A DNA stretch of 64,000 bases from a virus, in IMG/VR virus record IMGVR_UViG_3300027747_002638, one strand, 5' to 3'. The notes under the pieces were generated by a model. That model had not been told where the DNA came from, did not search any database, and worked only from the letters and a program-made list of their open reading frames with translations. Positions 55,905-64,000 of the stretch are shown piece after piece (position 1 is the stretch's first letter; every line of letters starts with the position of its first letter). Both the position numbers and the translations under genes were made by a program.

Positions 55905-58900
55905 TTTTTCATTGTATACTTGCTACTACTTAACATTCCGCCTGGTCTTTGCTCGGTATTTAGAACTTTAATAACTTCAGATTTAATTCTATCTGATAAT
56001 TTTCTATTTTTCTCTAATTCATCTCTTCGGTCTTGATCAGTTGTAATTTTATCGTTTGATTGACTATTTGCGGTACTAGTTTCAACAGATGAACTCTTAT
56101 CTATATTTACTGTTATATTAATATTATTAGTATTTGATACAGAAGATTGAGTTTCTGATTGATTTAATCCTGCATTTTGATTTCCTACCGATCCTCCATC
56201 TGCAAATTTATTTATTCTTCCAGAATTTAATGAATCAAAAAATCCTTTACCATACCTATTAACCGTATCTTTATTAACGACATATTCTCCATCCATTAAT
56301 AATGCTGGCACATTATCTTTATATGGAGAACCACCTTTAGCATACCCTTTTCTAATAGTTGGAACAGTTCCTCTTAATCCATAATTATTTGCTTGAACTG
56401 GTGGGCCGAATTTCATGCTTCCAGCAGAATAATCTCCACCTCTCCAATTTGCCCATCCTTTGTTAGATGTTCCTCCAAAAGCTTCTGATAAAACTTGTTT
56501 AATCGCTGGAACACCATATTGACTAAGTGCACCACCACCCACAGTCATTCCTGCTTGTAATAATGAACCCCAGAATAAATTATTTTGTTGTTTATTATAA
56601 GCGTCTCTATTTTGTTTATTTAATTGATCTACCCTAGCTTTTTCTTGTCGATTTCTTTCTGCAAGATCTGCAAGATATTGATCATAATTAGAAACTTCAT
56701 TTTGAAATGTTAATAATCTTTGAACTTTTTCATTTCTTAATTGATTCATTGGATTATTTTCATCTAATATTGCTTGAGGAGATAATCTTGGATCAAAGAA
56801 ATATGATCCTTCTGTTGGTAATCCATATTTAGTTGCACCAGTAGTATAAAAATCATTTAATAAATCTGAAGAAAATGCTCCGCCAGTATCTGTTCTTTGA
56901 GATGAAACATCTGAACCAACCGATGTCATAGCTATTGGCCAATTATTTACTTTTATCCATTCGTTAGGATCTCCTATTTTTGATCCTACTCCAAACCCTC
57001 CTCCGTCAGCTTTTTTAACTGTTCTTCCACTATTTAAACTATCTAAGAAATCTTTTCCATATTTTTCTACAGCAGCTTTTTTAACTACATATTCTCCTTT
57101 ACTTAAATATGCTGGAATATCATCTCTTACTCCTGATCCACCAGTAACATGTCCACCAATTGCATATCCTTTAATAAAACCACCATTTTTTCTTCCTAAT
57201 GGGCTTTTTAATAGATCACTAATTCCACCTACAGAGCTAAATACGCTATTAAATATAAGATTAGTTGACATTTCTAATGCTAACTGTTGAATTCTTCTTG
57301 ATATATTTAAAGCCATTGTAGTAAATGCATCACCTACTGTTTGCGTTCCTTCTATAACAGACTGAAATGCATTATTAAATTCTGATTTAATAGTTCTTGC
57401 TGTATCAGAAGCTGTATTATTTAAATCTCTCATTACATCTTGAGTTCCATATGCAAATTCATCTTGGAAACTTTGTAATGTATCCATTGGTGTATAATCA
57501 CCACCTCGGATTGCTTTTTCTCTTGCGGCTGCTCTAGCTTGTTTAAATTCATCGCTAAAAGCTGTACCTTCTCTAAATTTAGCTTCTGCTATTAAACTTT
57601 CTACGGTTGCTTCTATTGCAAAATTTAATTTTGTGATATTATCACCTAAAGTTTTTGTTAATTCTGCTTCTTTTTCTTTATATGTATTTAAAGCTTCTTG
57701 TCTTAATGATGTATCAGATATAGAAGAACTCATCGCTATTAAACTTTTTTGTGTCATAGCGGCAGAAGTATTTATATCATTAATTGTTGTTTGTAATTGT
57801 ACAAAAGCCTCATCTGTAAGTTTACCACCATTAGCTACAACGGACGCGCTTGTTTCTTTTAAAGCCTCACCTAATTGTTTTGTATATTTTAATCTTTTCT
57901 CTTCGTCAACTGTACCGCCGAAAACTCCAGCCATACCTTGACTGAAGGCGCCACCTACTACTGCATTAGGTCTAAATTGCTTACCAGTTGTTTGTAAGAA
58001 GTCTTCTACTAAACTACCAAAATCTGCTTGTTGTAAAAGTTTATTTCCAGTATCCCTTACGTTATTATCTTTGTTAAATAAATCAATTAATCTATCTTCT
58101 AATTGTAAAAGATTAAATGCTGTTTTTAATCTTCTCTTTTCTGCAACCGCTAAAGCATCAGATGCATTTGCTAAATTTTTATATATTTTTTCTAATTCTG
58201 CACCCTTTGTTCCAATATCTAATGAAGATTTTAAAACATTTGTTATCTGATCTTTTAAATCTTTTCCAGTTTGAGGTAAAATTTCTCCAGAAGAAATTAA
58301 ATTATCTATAAAAGAACTTAAATTTTTACTAAAATTATCAATCGCAGTTTGACTTCTGGATTCTACTATATTACTTATAGCTCTATTTCTTCGTACTTCA
58401 AATGGTTGAGCGCGTCCAGTTGATATTCTTGCTATTTCTTTTTTAAGTTCTTCATCTGATATTGCTAATTTAGAAGCTGGACCTTTTGCTGTAAGTGTTG
58501 CAGATGAATTTCTTGCATCGTCTAGAGCTGATTTACTATTAATTAAAATTTCAGTTAATTTGTCAAAACTTGACATTACATCTTTATTTTTTGCAATTAA
58601 AGCTCCGAGTGATTCACCACTTCTAGTAGTCAAAACATTAAATTGTTTAAATACTTCACTAAATTTTTCTGCACTTTTAATATTTTCTGGTTTTAAAGTA
58701 TTTACGGAATCAATAAATTCTCTAATCTGTTTAGTAGAAGTTAATGCTGAAGATGCTTTTCCTAGGGCTTTTTGTAATTCATTCTCTGATCCACTTGCAA
58801 TAGCATCTACAATAGATTTTCCAATATCTGAATCTGAACTAGCGATTATTCTACTTAAAGCCTCATCTCTTGCTTTTGATGCAGCTTCAAGATTACCTTT

Positions 58901-61900
58901 TGATTCTCCAGTTCTAATTCCTCTTGCTGTTTCTCTATTTGTTAAGAATGCTTGTACGTCTTCAGAAAATCTTGCTAAATTAGATGTAGCTTGTTCAGTT
59001 AATTTTCGGTACTCTTCTGTTTTGTCTTTTAACTGCGCAAAAGCTTTAGTAAGCCCTATTGTTAACCCTATTAGACCTCCTACGGCTGCTCCATATTGGC
59101 CAAATATTGCTCCTGTTCCAGCGAAAGTTGCTGTATCGCTTGCTACTGTTGCTCCAAATCTTACCGCTTTATTTTCTGGTGCAAATTGCTCCGCTGTTTG
59201 AGCAACGATTGGAACAGCAATACTAGCCAATAATCCTGCATTTTGTAATCTACCTGCCGCTGCAGTTCTTCTTTGAGTTACTCTATCTAATGTCCCTCTG
59301 GCTGCTTCTCCATATCTTCCTTCTTGACTAGCTAATCTTTCTAATCTTGCTCGAGCTTTTCCTCCTCCAAAGACTCCAAATGCTCCAGCTGCTTCTTTTT
59401 CTAACCCAGATAAATACGTAGCAAATCTTTCGCTAGATGTTGAAACTCTTGTAAATAAACTTTTTACTTTTTGGGTACTTTGAGCTGTTAATTGATATGA
59501 TTGAGCAATTATTCCAGCTTCTTTTTCTGCTGTAGCGAGATCAATTTCTTGAGCTTTTAATCTCTTAGAAATTTTAGCTAAATCCTTAGCAACCTCACTA
59601 GATAATATATTAATATCTTTTACAGACATTCCAGCGACCGCTGTTTGCTCAAATTGAATGTTTTGTCCTGCAAAATTAGGTACAAATCCAAAAGCTGCTC
59701 CAGCTTTTCTTGCAGAAGATATTGATGAATATCTTGAAATTCCTTGATTTAATCCTTGTGGTTCATCTTGAGTATTATAAACTCCTAAACCTAATGGATT
59801 ACTTGACGCCATTAATTTGCCACTTTGACCGACTCTAATCTTTGAGTTTGGTACACCAGCTGAAATTTCTCTAGATACAGCCTGTTCTAGTGCTGAAAAA
59901 TTAGGTATAAATCCTGAAGCTGCTGTTCTTGGCTTTGGCAATAAAGGCCTAGTAGTAGCATCTCTATATGCTTTATCAATTATCTCTCTAGCTTGTTCAG
60001 CTGTTATTGTTCTTTTTGCGTCCGCTCTTAAAACTGGTGGAGAAAATCCAAATTTACTATTAAATGCATTTGTAGGTGGACTTGATTCTTCAAAATCAAA
60101 AGGTTTTTGAGCTGTATTTTGGTCAAAAGCTTTTTGTAAAGCTCCTCCGCGTTTTGTGCCTAAATTTACAGCTGCTTCAAAAATTGATCCCTCAGTTCCT
60201 GCTGGGAAAAGATTAACTCCAGCTTTTCTATTATTAGATGCAAGTAAAGATTTAAATTTTGGATCTGGACTTAATGGGCCAAAAATATCATTTGCAAGTT
60301 GAGCAAGTGGATCAACAAATAATTTATTAATTGCTGTAGAAAAAGAATTTTTATCTTGAATTTCGCTATTTTTTAAATCTTCAAGAGTTCTAGCTTGTAT
60401 TCCTTCAAATTTTACAGATCTTGGATCTTTTGTATAGCCTAATGTACTAAATGCAGTTTGAGCATCTATAGATCCTCTTCTTCCACCAACTCCAACTATT
60501 CCAAACTCACTCGCAGGTACAACAACTACTTCGCCTTGGCTAGTTTTTGCTCCAGACATTTTACCACTTTTAATTGCATCAATTTCTTTTTGAACTTCTG
60601 GAGTTATTTTATAACCTCTAGATTTTATAAAAGCATCTATATTTTGTCCCTTAGCTTCAGTAAATAAACTTTGTGCAATTTGTAAACTATTTTTAGCAAA
60701 ATTAGGTATAAATCCACTACTAGCATATGGATTAAATCCATGAATAGAAGAGAATTGATTTTGGTAATTTTTTCCAGCTTTGCTTTGTGATGGAGGCATA
60801 ATTGCTGGTTGAGATAATCCTGGAAATTTTTTAACAGTTTCTGCTGAATTATAAACAGTTTTTCCTACGCCAGAGATATTCATTTCTTTTATTTTTCCTG
60901 GTTTGTATCCACCAGATAATGCACCAGAAATTTCTGACATAGCATATGATGGTATAAATCCAGAGTTTGCCGTGGTAACTTGTCCACCTTTTACAGAAAC
61001 TCCTCTTCTTACTAATCCACCTGTGATAGTAGATGATAAACTAGAAGCTTGTGCTCTTATGGCGTTTTGTTCTTTTAATATTTGTAATATTTTATTTTCT
61101 ACGCTCAAAACTCCAATTTGTTTGCTTGCAATTGCTGCTAATAAAGTTGGTTCCTGGGTTAAGACTTGATTAATTTTATTTTGTAATTGTAATCTGCTGT
61201 CTGCTGCTTGATTTATTCCTAATAAAGTTTTAACAGAAGCTGCTGCGAATTGTCCTAAGTTTAGCAATAATTTTCCTAGAACTGCTGTAATTAAAACTAC
61301 TCCTGGTCCAGAGATGAAAGAAGAAATTCCATTCAATATTCCTTGTCCAATTTTAGATCCAACACTCTCAGTATCTTGATTGTTAATCATCTCTAAAAGA
61401 CCATTAACATTTTTTAGTGTTCCTTCTATCGCTGGTTGAAATGCTCCTGCTCCAACAGTTGCGCCTAATTGAGCTACATTATTTATAGTTCTATTAAATA
61501 AAGCGGCTAATGTTTCATTTAATGCTTGATTTCTTTTAAGAGCCTGATCTGTTGCAGATGTAGCGGTATTTAAAGCATTTTGATAAATTGAATATTCTTT
61601 ACCTAAATCTCCCAATGCTGCTTTCAAAATATTTATTTGGAAAACTCCACCAACAGTTTCTGCTACTTGAGATTTTTGTGCATCAGATAAAGTATCAAAT
61701 GTTGTACTTAATTGTTTTAAAATTTGTATTGCTGGTAAAGTATTACCTTCTAAATCTCTTACTCCAATTCCTAAAGCTTGTAATTGAGATAATACTTCTG
61801 GTCTTTCTATTCTCGTAAAGATAGTTTTAAGTGAATTACCTATTACAGCTCCACCTCTAGCAGTAGTTTGTTGAACGCTTGTAACGACAGCTAATAATTC

Positions 61901-62578
61901 ATCAAATCCAACTCCTGCGTCTTGAGCAGAAGTTCCTACTCGTTTGATGGCTTCAGCCAAATCAGCAGAACTAACTGCGAAAGATGAGTCAACATTAGCT
62001 AATTTATTAACAATAGTTGTAGAATCTAGCGCTGTTTTATTAAAACTGTTTATTGTAGCCGTTAAAGCTTCAACGCTACTAATGGTATCTAATCCACTTA
62101 ATCTAGTAAGAATAAGAGCATCTCTTGTTCTTTTTAAAGTCTCTTCTACTCCTAAACCTTGACGAGCTAATTCTGTAGCTGCTGCAGCTACTTCATTAAA
62201 CCCTTGTCCAGTGCTTTTAGCTATATCAAATAAATCGGCTCCAAATTTAGCTAGACCGCTAGTTGTTGTATTTAAAATAACATTAATATCAGTTAATGAT
62301 TTTTGTACATTAACTGTAGTTTTAATTAATTCTACAAAAGCTTTTTCTACAGTATATATTAATCCTGCACTAGCGCCGAATGCAATAACACGAGCATTTG
62401 ATGCATCTAATGATTTTTGGAATTCATTTGCTGCACCAGTGATTCTACCAAGAGGTTGAGTAAAGGCCTTTTCATTCAATCCTTTGAATTTAAAATCTCT
62501 CGATAAGGCGCTCTGAATATCTCTTTCGAGTTGCCTTGTATCTGCACCTACTGAAATTGTAGCGGAAGTCCTAGCCAT
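55901..62578 (-). CDS. Tape measure protein (TP901-type N-region) with extra internal modules
   Basis: ELARQGL, LANVDSSFAVSSADLAEAI, TARGGAVIGNSLKTIFTRI; Ala/Gly helical and TM-like segments; GG...GEYVV motifs. Confidence 0.9.
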   Translation of the reverse strand: MARTSATISVGADTRQLERDIQSALSRDFKFKGLNEKAFTQPLGRITGAANEFQKSLDASNARVIAFGASAGLIYTVEKAFVELIKTTVNVQKSLTDINVILNTTTSGLAKFGADLFDIAKSTGQGFNEVAAAATELARQGLGVEETLKRTRDALILTRLSGLDTISSVEALTATINSFNKTALDSTTIVNKLANVDSSFAVSSADLAEAIKRVGTSAQDAGVGFDELLAVVTSVQQTTARGGAVIGNSLKTIFTRIERPEVLSQLQALGIGVRDLEGNTLPAIQILKQLSTTFDTLSDAQKSQVAETVGGVFQINILKAALGDLGKEYSIYQNALNTATSATDQALKRNQALNETLAALFNRTINNVAQLGATVGAGAFQPAIEGTLKNVNGLLEMINNQDTESVGSKIGQGILNGISSFISGPGVVLITAVLGKLLLNLGQFAAASVKTLLGINQAADSRLQLQNKINQVLTQEPTLLAAIASKQIGVLSVENKILQILKEQNAIRAQASSLSSTITGGLVRRGVSVKGGQVTTANSGFIPSYAMSEISGALSGGYKPGKIKEMNISGVGKTVYNSAETVKKFPGLSQPAIMPPSQSKAGKNYQNQFSSIHGFNPYASSGFIPNFAKNSLQIAQSLFTEAKGQNIDAFIKSRGYKITPEVQKEIDAIKSGKMSGAKTSQGEVVVVPASEFGIVGVGGRRGSIDAQTAFSTLGYTKDPRSVKFEGIQARTLEDLKNSEIQDKNSFSTAINKLFVDPLAQLANDIFGPLSPDPKFKSLLASNNRKAGVNLFPAGTEGSIFEAAVNLGTKRGGALQKAFDQNTAQKPFDFEESSPPTNAFNSKFGFSPPVLRADAKRTITAEQAREIIDKAYRDATTRPLLPKPRTAASGFIPNFSALEQAVSREISAGVPNSKIRVGQSGKLMASSNPLGLGVYNTQDEPQGLNQGISRYSSISSARKAGAAFGFVPNFAGQNIQFEQTAVAGMSVKDINILSSEVAKDLAKISKRLKAQEIDLATAEKEAGIIAQSYQLTAQSTQKVKSLFTRVSTSSERFATYLSGLEKEAAGAFGVFGGGKARARLERLASQEGRYGEAARGTLDRVTQRRTAAAGRLQNAGLLASIAVPIVAQTAEQFAPENKAVRFGATVASDTATFAGTGAIFGQYGAAVGGLIGLTIGLTKAFAQLKDKTEEYRKLTEQATSNLARFSEDVQAFLTNRETARGIRTGESKGNLEAASKARDEALSRIIASSDSDIGKSIVDAIASGSENELQKALGKASSALTSTKQIREFIDSVNTLKPENIKSAEKFSEVFKQFNVLTTRSGESLGALIAKNKDVMSSFDKLTEILINSKSALDDARNSSATLTAKGPASKLAISDEELKKEIARISTGRAQPFEVRRNRAISNIVESRSQTAIDNFSKNLSSFIDNLISSGEILPQTGKDLKDQITNVLKSSLDIGTKGAELEKIYKNLANASDALAVAEKRRLKTAFNLLQLEDRLIDLFNKDNNVRDTGNKLLQQADFGSLVEDFLQTTGKQFRPNAVVGGAFSQGMAGVFGGTVDEEKRLKYTKQLGEALKETSASVVANGGKLTDEAFVQLQTTINDINTSAAMTQKSLIAMSSSISDTSLRQEALNTYKEKEAELTKTLGDNITKLNFAIEATVESLIAEAKFREGTAFSDEFKQARAAAREKAIRGGDYTPMDTLQSFQDEFAYGTQDVMRDLNNTASDTARTIKSEFNNAFQSVIEGTQTVGDAFTTMALNISRRIQQLALEMSTNLIFNSVFSSVGGISDLLKSPLGRKNGGFIKGYAIGGHVTGGSGVRDDIPAYLSKGEYVVKKAAVEKYGKDFLDSLNSGRTVKKADGGGFGVGSKIGDPNEWIKVNNWPIAMTSVGSDVSSQRTDTGGAFSSDLLNDFYTTGATKYGLPTEGSYFFDPRLSPQAILDENNPMNQLRNEKVQRLLTFQNEVSNYDQYLADLAERNRQEKARVDQLNKQNRDAYNKQQNNLFWGSLLQAGMTVGGGALSQYGVPAIKQVLSEAFGGTSNKGWANWRGGDYSAGSMKFGPPVQANNYGLRGTVPTIRKGYAKGGSPYKDNVPALLMDGEYVVNKDTVNRYGKGFFDSLNSGRINKFADGGSVGNQNAGLNQSETQSSVSNTNNINITVNIDKSSSVETSTANSQSNDKITTDQDRRDELEKNRKLSDRIKSEVIKVLNTEQRPGGMLSSSKYTMKN
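59668..60973 (-). repeat. Four copies of peptide repeat A-x-(S/F)-G-F-(I/V)-P-(N/S)-(F/Y) in the tape measure protein
   Basis: TANSGFIPSYA (~60941-60973), YASSGFIPNFA (~60695-60727), TAASGFIPNFS (~59894-59926), AAFGFVPNFA (~59668-59697). Confidence 0.8.
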
Positions 62579-62602
62579 GCCTTATTCCTTTACTACAATA
62601 TA

Positions 62603-62608
62603 TTACAC
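62603..62608 (-). promoter_or_regulatory. GTGTAA putative late promoter of tape measure gene
   Basis: TTACAC, 24 nt from ATG 62578; leader contains AAGGAATAAGG SD. Confidence 0.68.
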
Positions 62609-62630
62609 AAATATTAACTATTATAGTATA

Positions 62631-63629
62631 TTATATCCCATGTAATTTCATTAAATCTTGCATACTTAAATTTCCACCACGTTTCTTAGCCTCTTCTATT
62701 AAACTTATTCCACCTTCTTGCTTTACCCCTGCTTTTTCAAGGTCTTCTTTTGAAGCGCCAACGATTGATGTGGCCATTACTCCATCGTTTTTAGATACAT
62801 TTTTAGATGTTTTATCTAATAATTCTTCTATATTTTTAGCACTTTCCAACCATTCAATTAGCTTATCTGGATCTTCAAAATATTCATCTGGTGGTTTATT
62901 CTTAGCATTTTCAAGTTGATTTTTGAAATATCTTGCATATCCATATATATCAATTTGATATAAAGTTAAATATATTACTGGCTTACCAAATAAATTATAA
63001 ATATTATCTCCACCTAAATTAAATAAACTTAAGAAAGTAGGAGAAAGGGCTATTTTTCGTAAATTTAATTCAGAAAAATTATCAGTTACTATATTATATA
63101 TACCGATAATATCAGAAATATCTGTATTTTCTAAATCTTCAAATTCTTCATTGGAAAAAAAGCTTCCATTTAAGTCTTTATCTTTAAATAAAGATATAAA
63201 CATGCAATATTCATTTATTTTTTTATTAGCATAGTCTTCTGCGGTAAATCCAATTAGATCTTTCTTTTCAGCTTTTAATTTTAATAAATTTAATTCATTT
63301 TGATTTATTTGATTATTTATATTTTTTAAATCTTCGTTTTTGAACATTTTAGACTTGTTCTTTTTTAGAGTTTTAATATATGTCGTTATAGACTGTATTT
63401 CTTTATTACGGTCTTCAGACCATAAATTTTCTTTTAATATATACTTTTCTTGCTCTTCTAACGAGGGAAGTTTTTGATTAATTGCTTTTTGGTAGATTTC
63501 TTCTTTTTTTAAGTTTATATTACCGATGCTTAAGTTATCAAAATGTTTTATATAAACTGGTTGTTTTTTATAATACGCTTTTGAATAACCATTTAAAATA
63601 TCTGTTAATGTATTTGTATTCTTAAGCAC
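62631..63629 (-). CDS. Probable tail assembly chaperone-region protein
   Basis: 332-aa helical ORF immediately upstream of tape measure gene. Confidence 0.5.
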   Translation of the reverse strand: MLKNTNTLTDILNGYSKAYYKKQPVYIKHFDNLSIGNINLKKEEIYQKAINQKLPSLEEQEKYILKENLWSEDRNKEIQSITTYIKTLKKNKSKMFKNEDLKNINNQINQNELNLLKLKAEKKDLIGFTAEDYANKKINEYCMFISLFKDKDLNGSFFSNEEFEDLENTDISDIIGIYNIVTDNFSELNLRKIALSPTFLSLFNLGGDNIYNLFGKPVIYLTLYQIDIYGYARYFKNQLENAKNKPPDEYFEDPDKLIEWLESAKNIEELLDKTSKNVSKNDGVMATSIVGASKEDLEKAGVKQEGGISLIEEAKKRGGNLSMQDLMKLHGI

Positions 63630-63999
63630 CGTTTTCTTTATTTTCTATTTCAAATAGTTTTTCAAATTCTTCTACAGTAGAGGCTCTTCCCATATACCAA
63701 AAACTAACAAAAAGAACTAATTTTTTAATTAATTTTTCAAAAAAACTATCAGTCATTTCTTCTAATTTGTCATATACCATAATTCTATCTTCAAAAGATC
63801 CTTCTCCGAATATAGGAACTAGATTTCCATTTTCGTCTTCTTGATGACTCAAATTCAATACCCACCACATGATAGTCTTATTTCTAGCTCTATTTTCTGC
63901 TGTTTGATCAAATAAACTAGCTTGTGCAAATTCATAATCTTGAATTTTTTCTCTTATTTCGGTAATTTGTTTTATTAAAACTTTGTATTCAGCATTTTC
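63622..63999 (-). CDS. Probable tail assembly chaperone, 5' truncated by window
   Basis: Frame stays open to the window edge (ENAEYKVLIKQITEIREKIQDYEFAQASLFDQTAENRARNKTIMWW...). Confidence 0.55.
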   Translation of the reverse strand, partial: ENAEYKVLIKQITEIREKIQDYEFAQASLFDQTAENRARNKTIMWWVLNLSHQEDENGNLVPIFGEGSFEDRIMVYDKLEEMTDSFFEKLIKKLVLFVSFWYMGRASTVEEFEKLFEIENKENGA

Positions 64000-64000
64000 T

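Noticed and set aside
1027-62459. Many short alternative-frame or antisense ORFs in the track (e.g. 1027, 1079, 2521, 2872, 4898, 5675, 8612, 10368, 20230, 28802, 45851, 50735, 57633-62459 +)
   Set aside because: They lie wholly within longer genes with recognisable motifs and lack promoter motifs; typical shadow ORFs
63600-63660. Programmed frameshift between the two genes upstream of the tape measure gene (lambda G/GT style)
   Set aside because: No X XXY YYZ slippery heptamer at the junction; the downstream frame is +1 and has a stop a few codons upstream; a simple GTG overlap explains it
1-64000. CRISPR array, tRNA, rRNA, integrase/transposase, DGR or retron
   Set aside because: No regularly spaced DNA repeats, cloverleaf or reverse transcriptase seen, and intergenic gaps are very short; tRNAscan/Infernal were not run
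1-64000. Stop-codon recoding
   Set aside because: Genes are full-length and tightly packed in the standard code; TAA, TAG and TGA all end genes

Overview
AT-rich, gene-dense 64-kb segment of a large tailed dsDNA phage. The lambda-like tail-tip genes and 2225-aa tape measure protein suggest a siphovirus. A PEP-CTERM/autotransporter-repeat gene suggests a PVC-superphylum (Verrucomicrobia/Planctomycetes-like) host, by inference only. Layout: (1) 1-11 kb: PhoH end and accessory/late genes (degenerate GIY-YIG protein, modular basic proteins, HiPIP-like protein, Cys-His-Asp protease-like membrane protein, PEP-CTERM surface protein plus small membrane proteins, LamG protein, ferritin-like fusion). 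(2) 11-28.3 kb: ~17-kb glycan biosynthesis island (GT2, GT6, GT4, GT11, GT23-like, methyltransferases, ugd, gmd, glf, nadE). (3) 28.3-44.8 kb: replication/recombination genes (RecA, DnaB, ThyX, DnaG, PD-(D/E)xK nucleases, split DnaE with a DEDDh exonuclease in between, Whirly-like SSB, annealing protein) plus GT4/GT9 genes. (4) 44.8-64 kb: Cys-rich small genes, tail tube-like gene, gpM-L-K-I-J on +, converging on the tape measure gene and probable chaperones on -. Most notable observations: a two-class promoter system (sigma70-type and a GTGTAA motif) that appears to make mostly leaderless mRNAs; a PD-(D/E)xK nuclease-like module bracketed by GFIPNF repeats inside the tape measure protein; and a possible virion-glycosylation system. 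All calls come from motif recognition by eye; no database searches were run. No tRNA, rRNA, CRISPR array, integrase or reverse transcriptase was seen.
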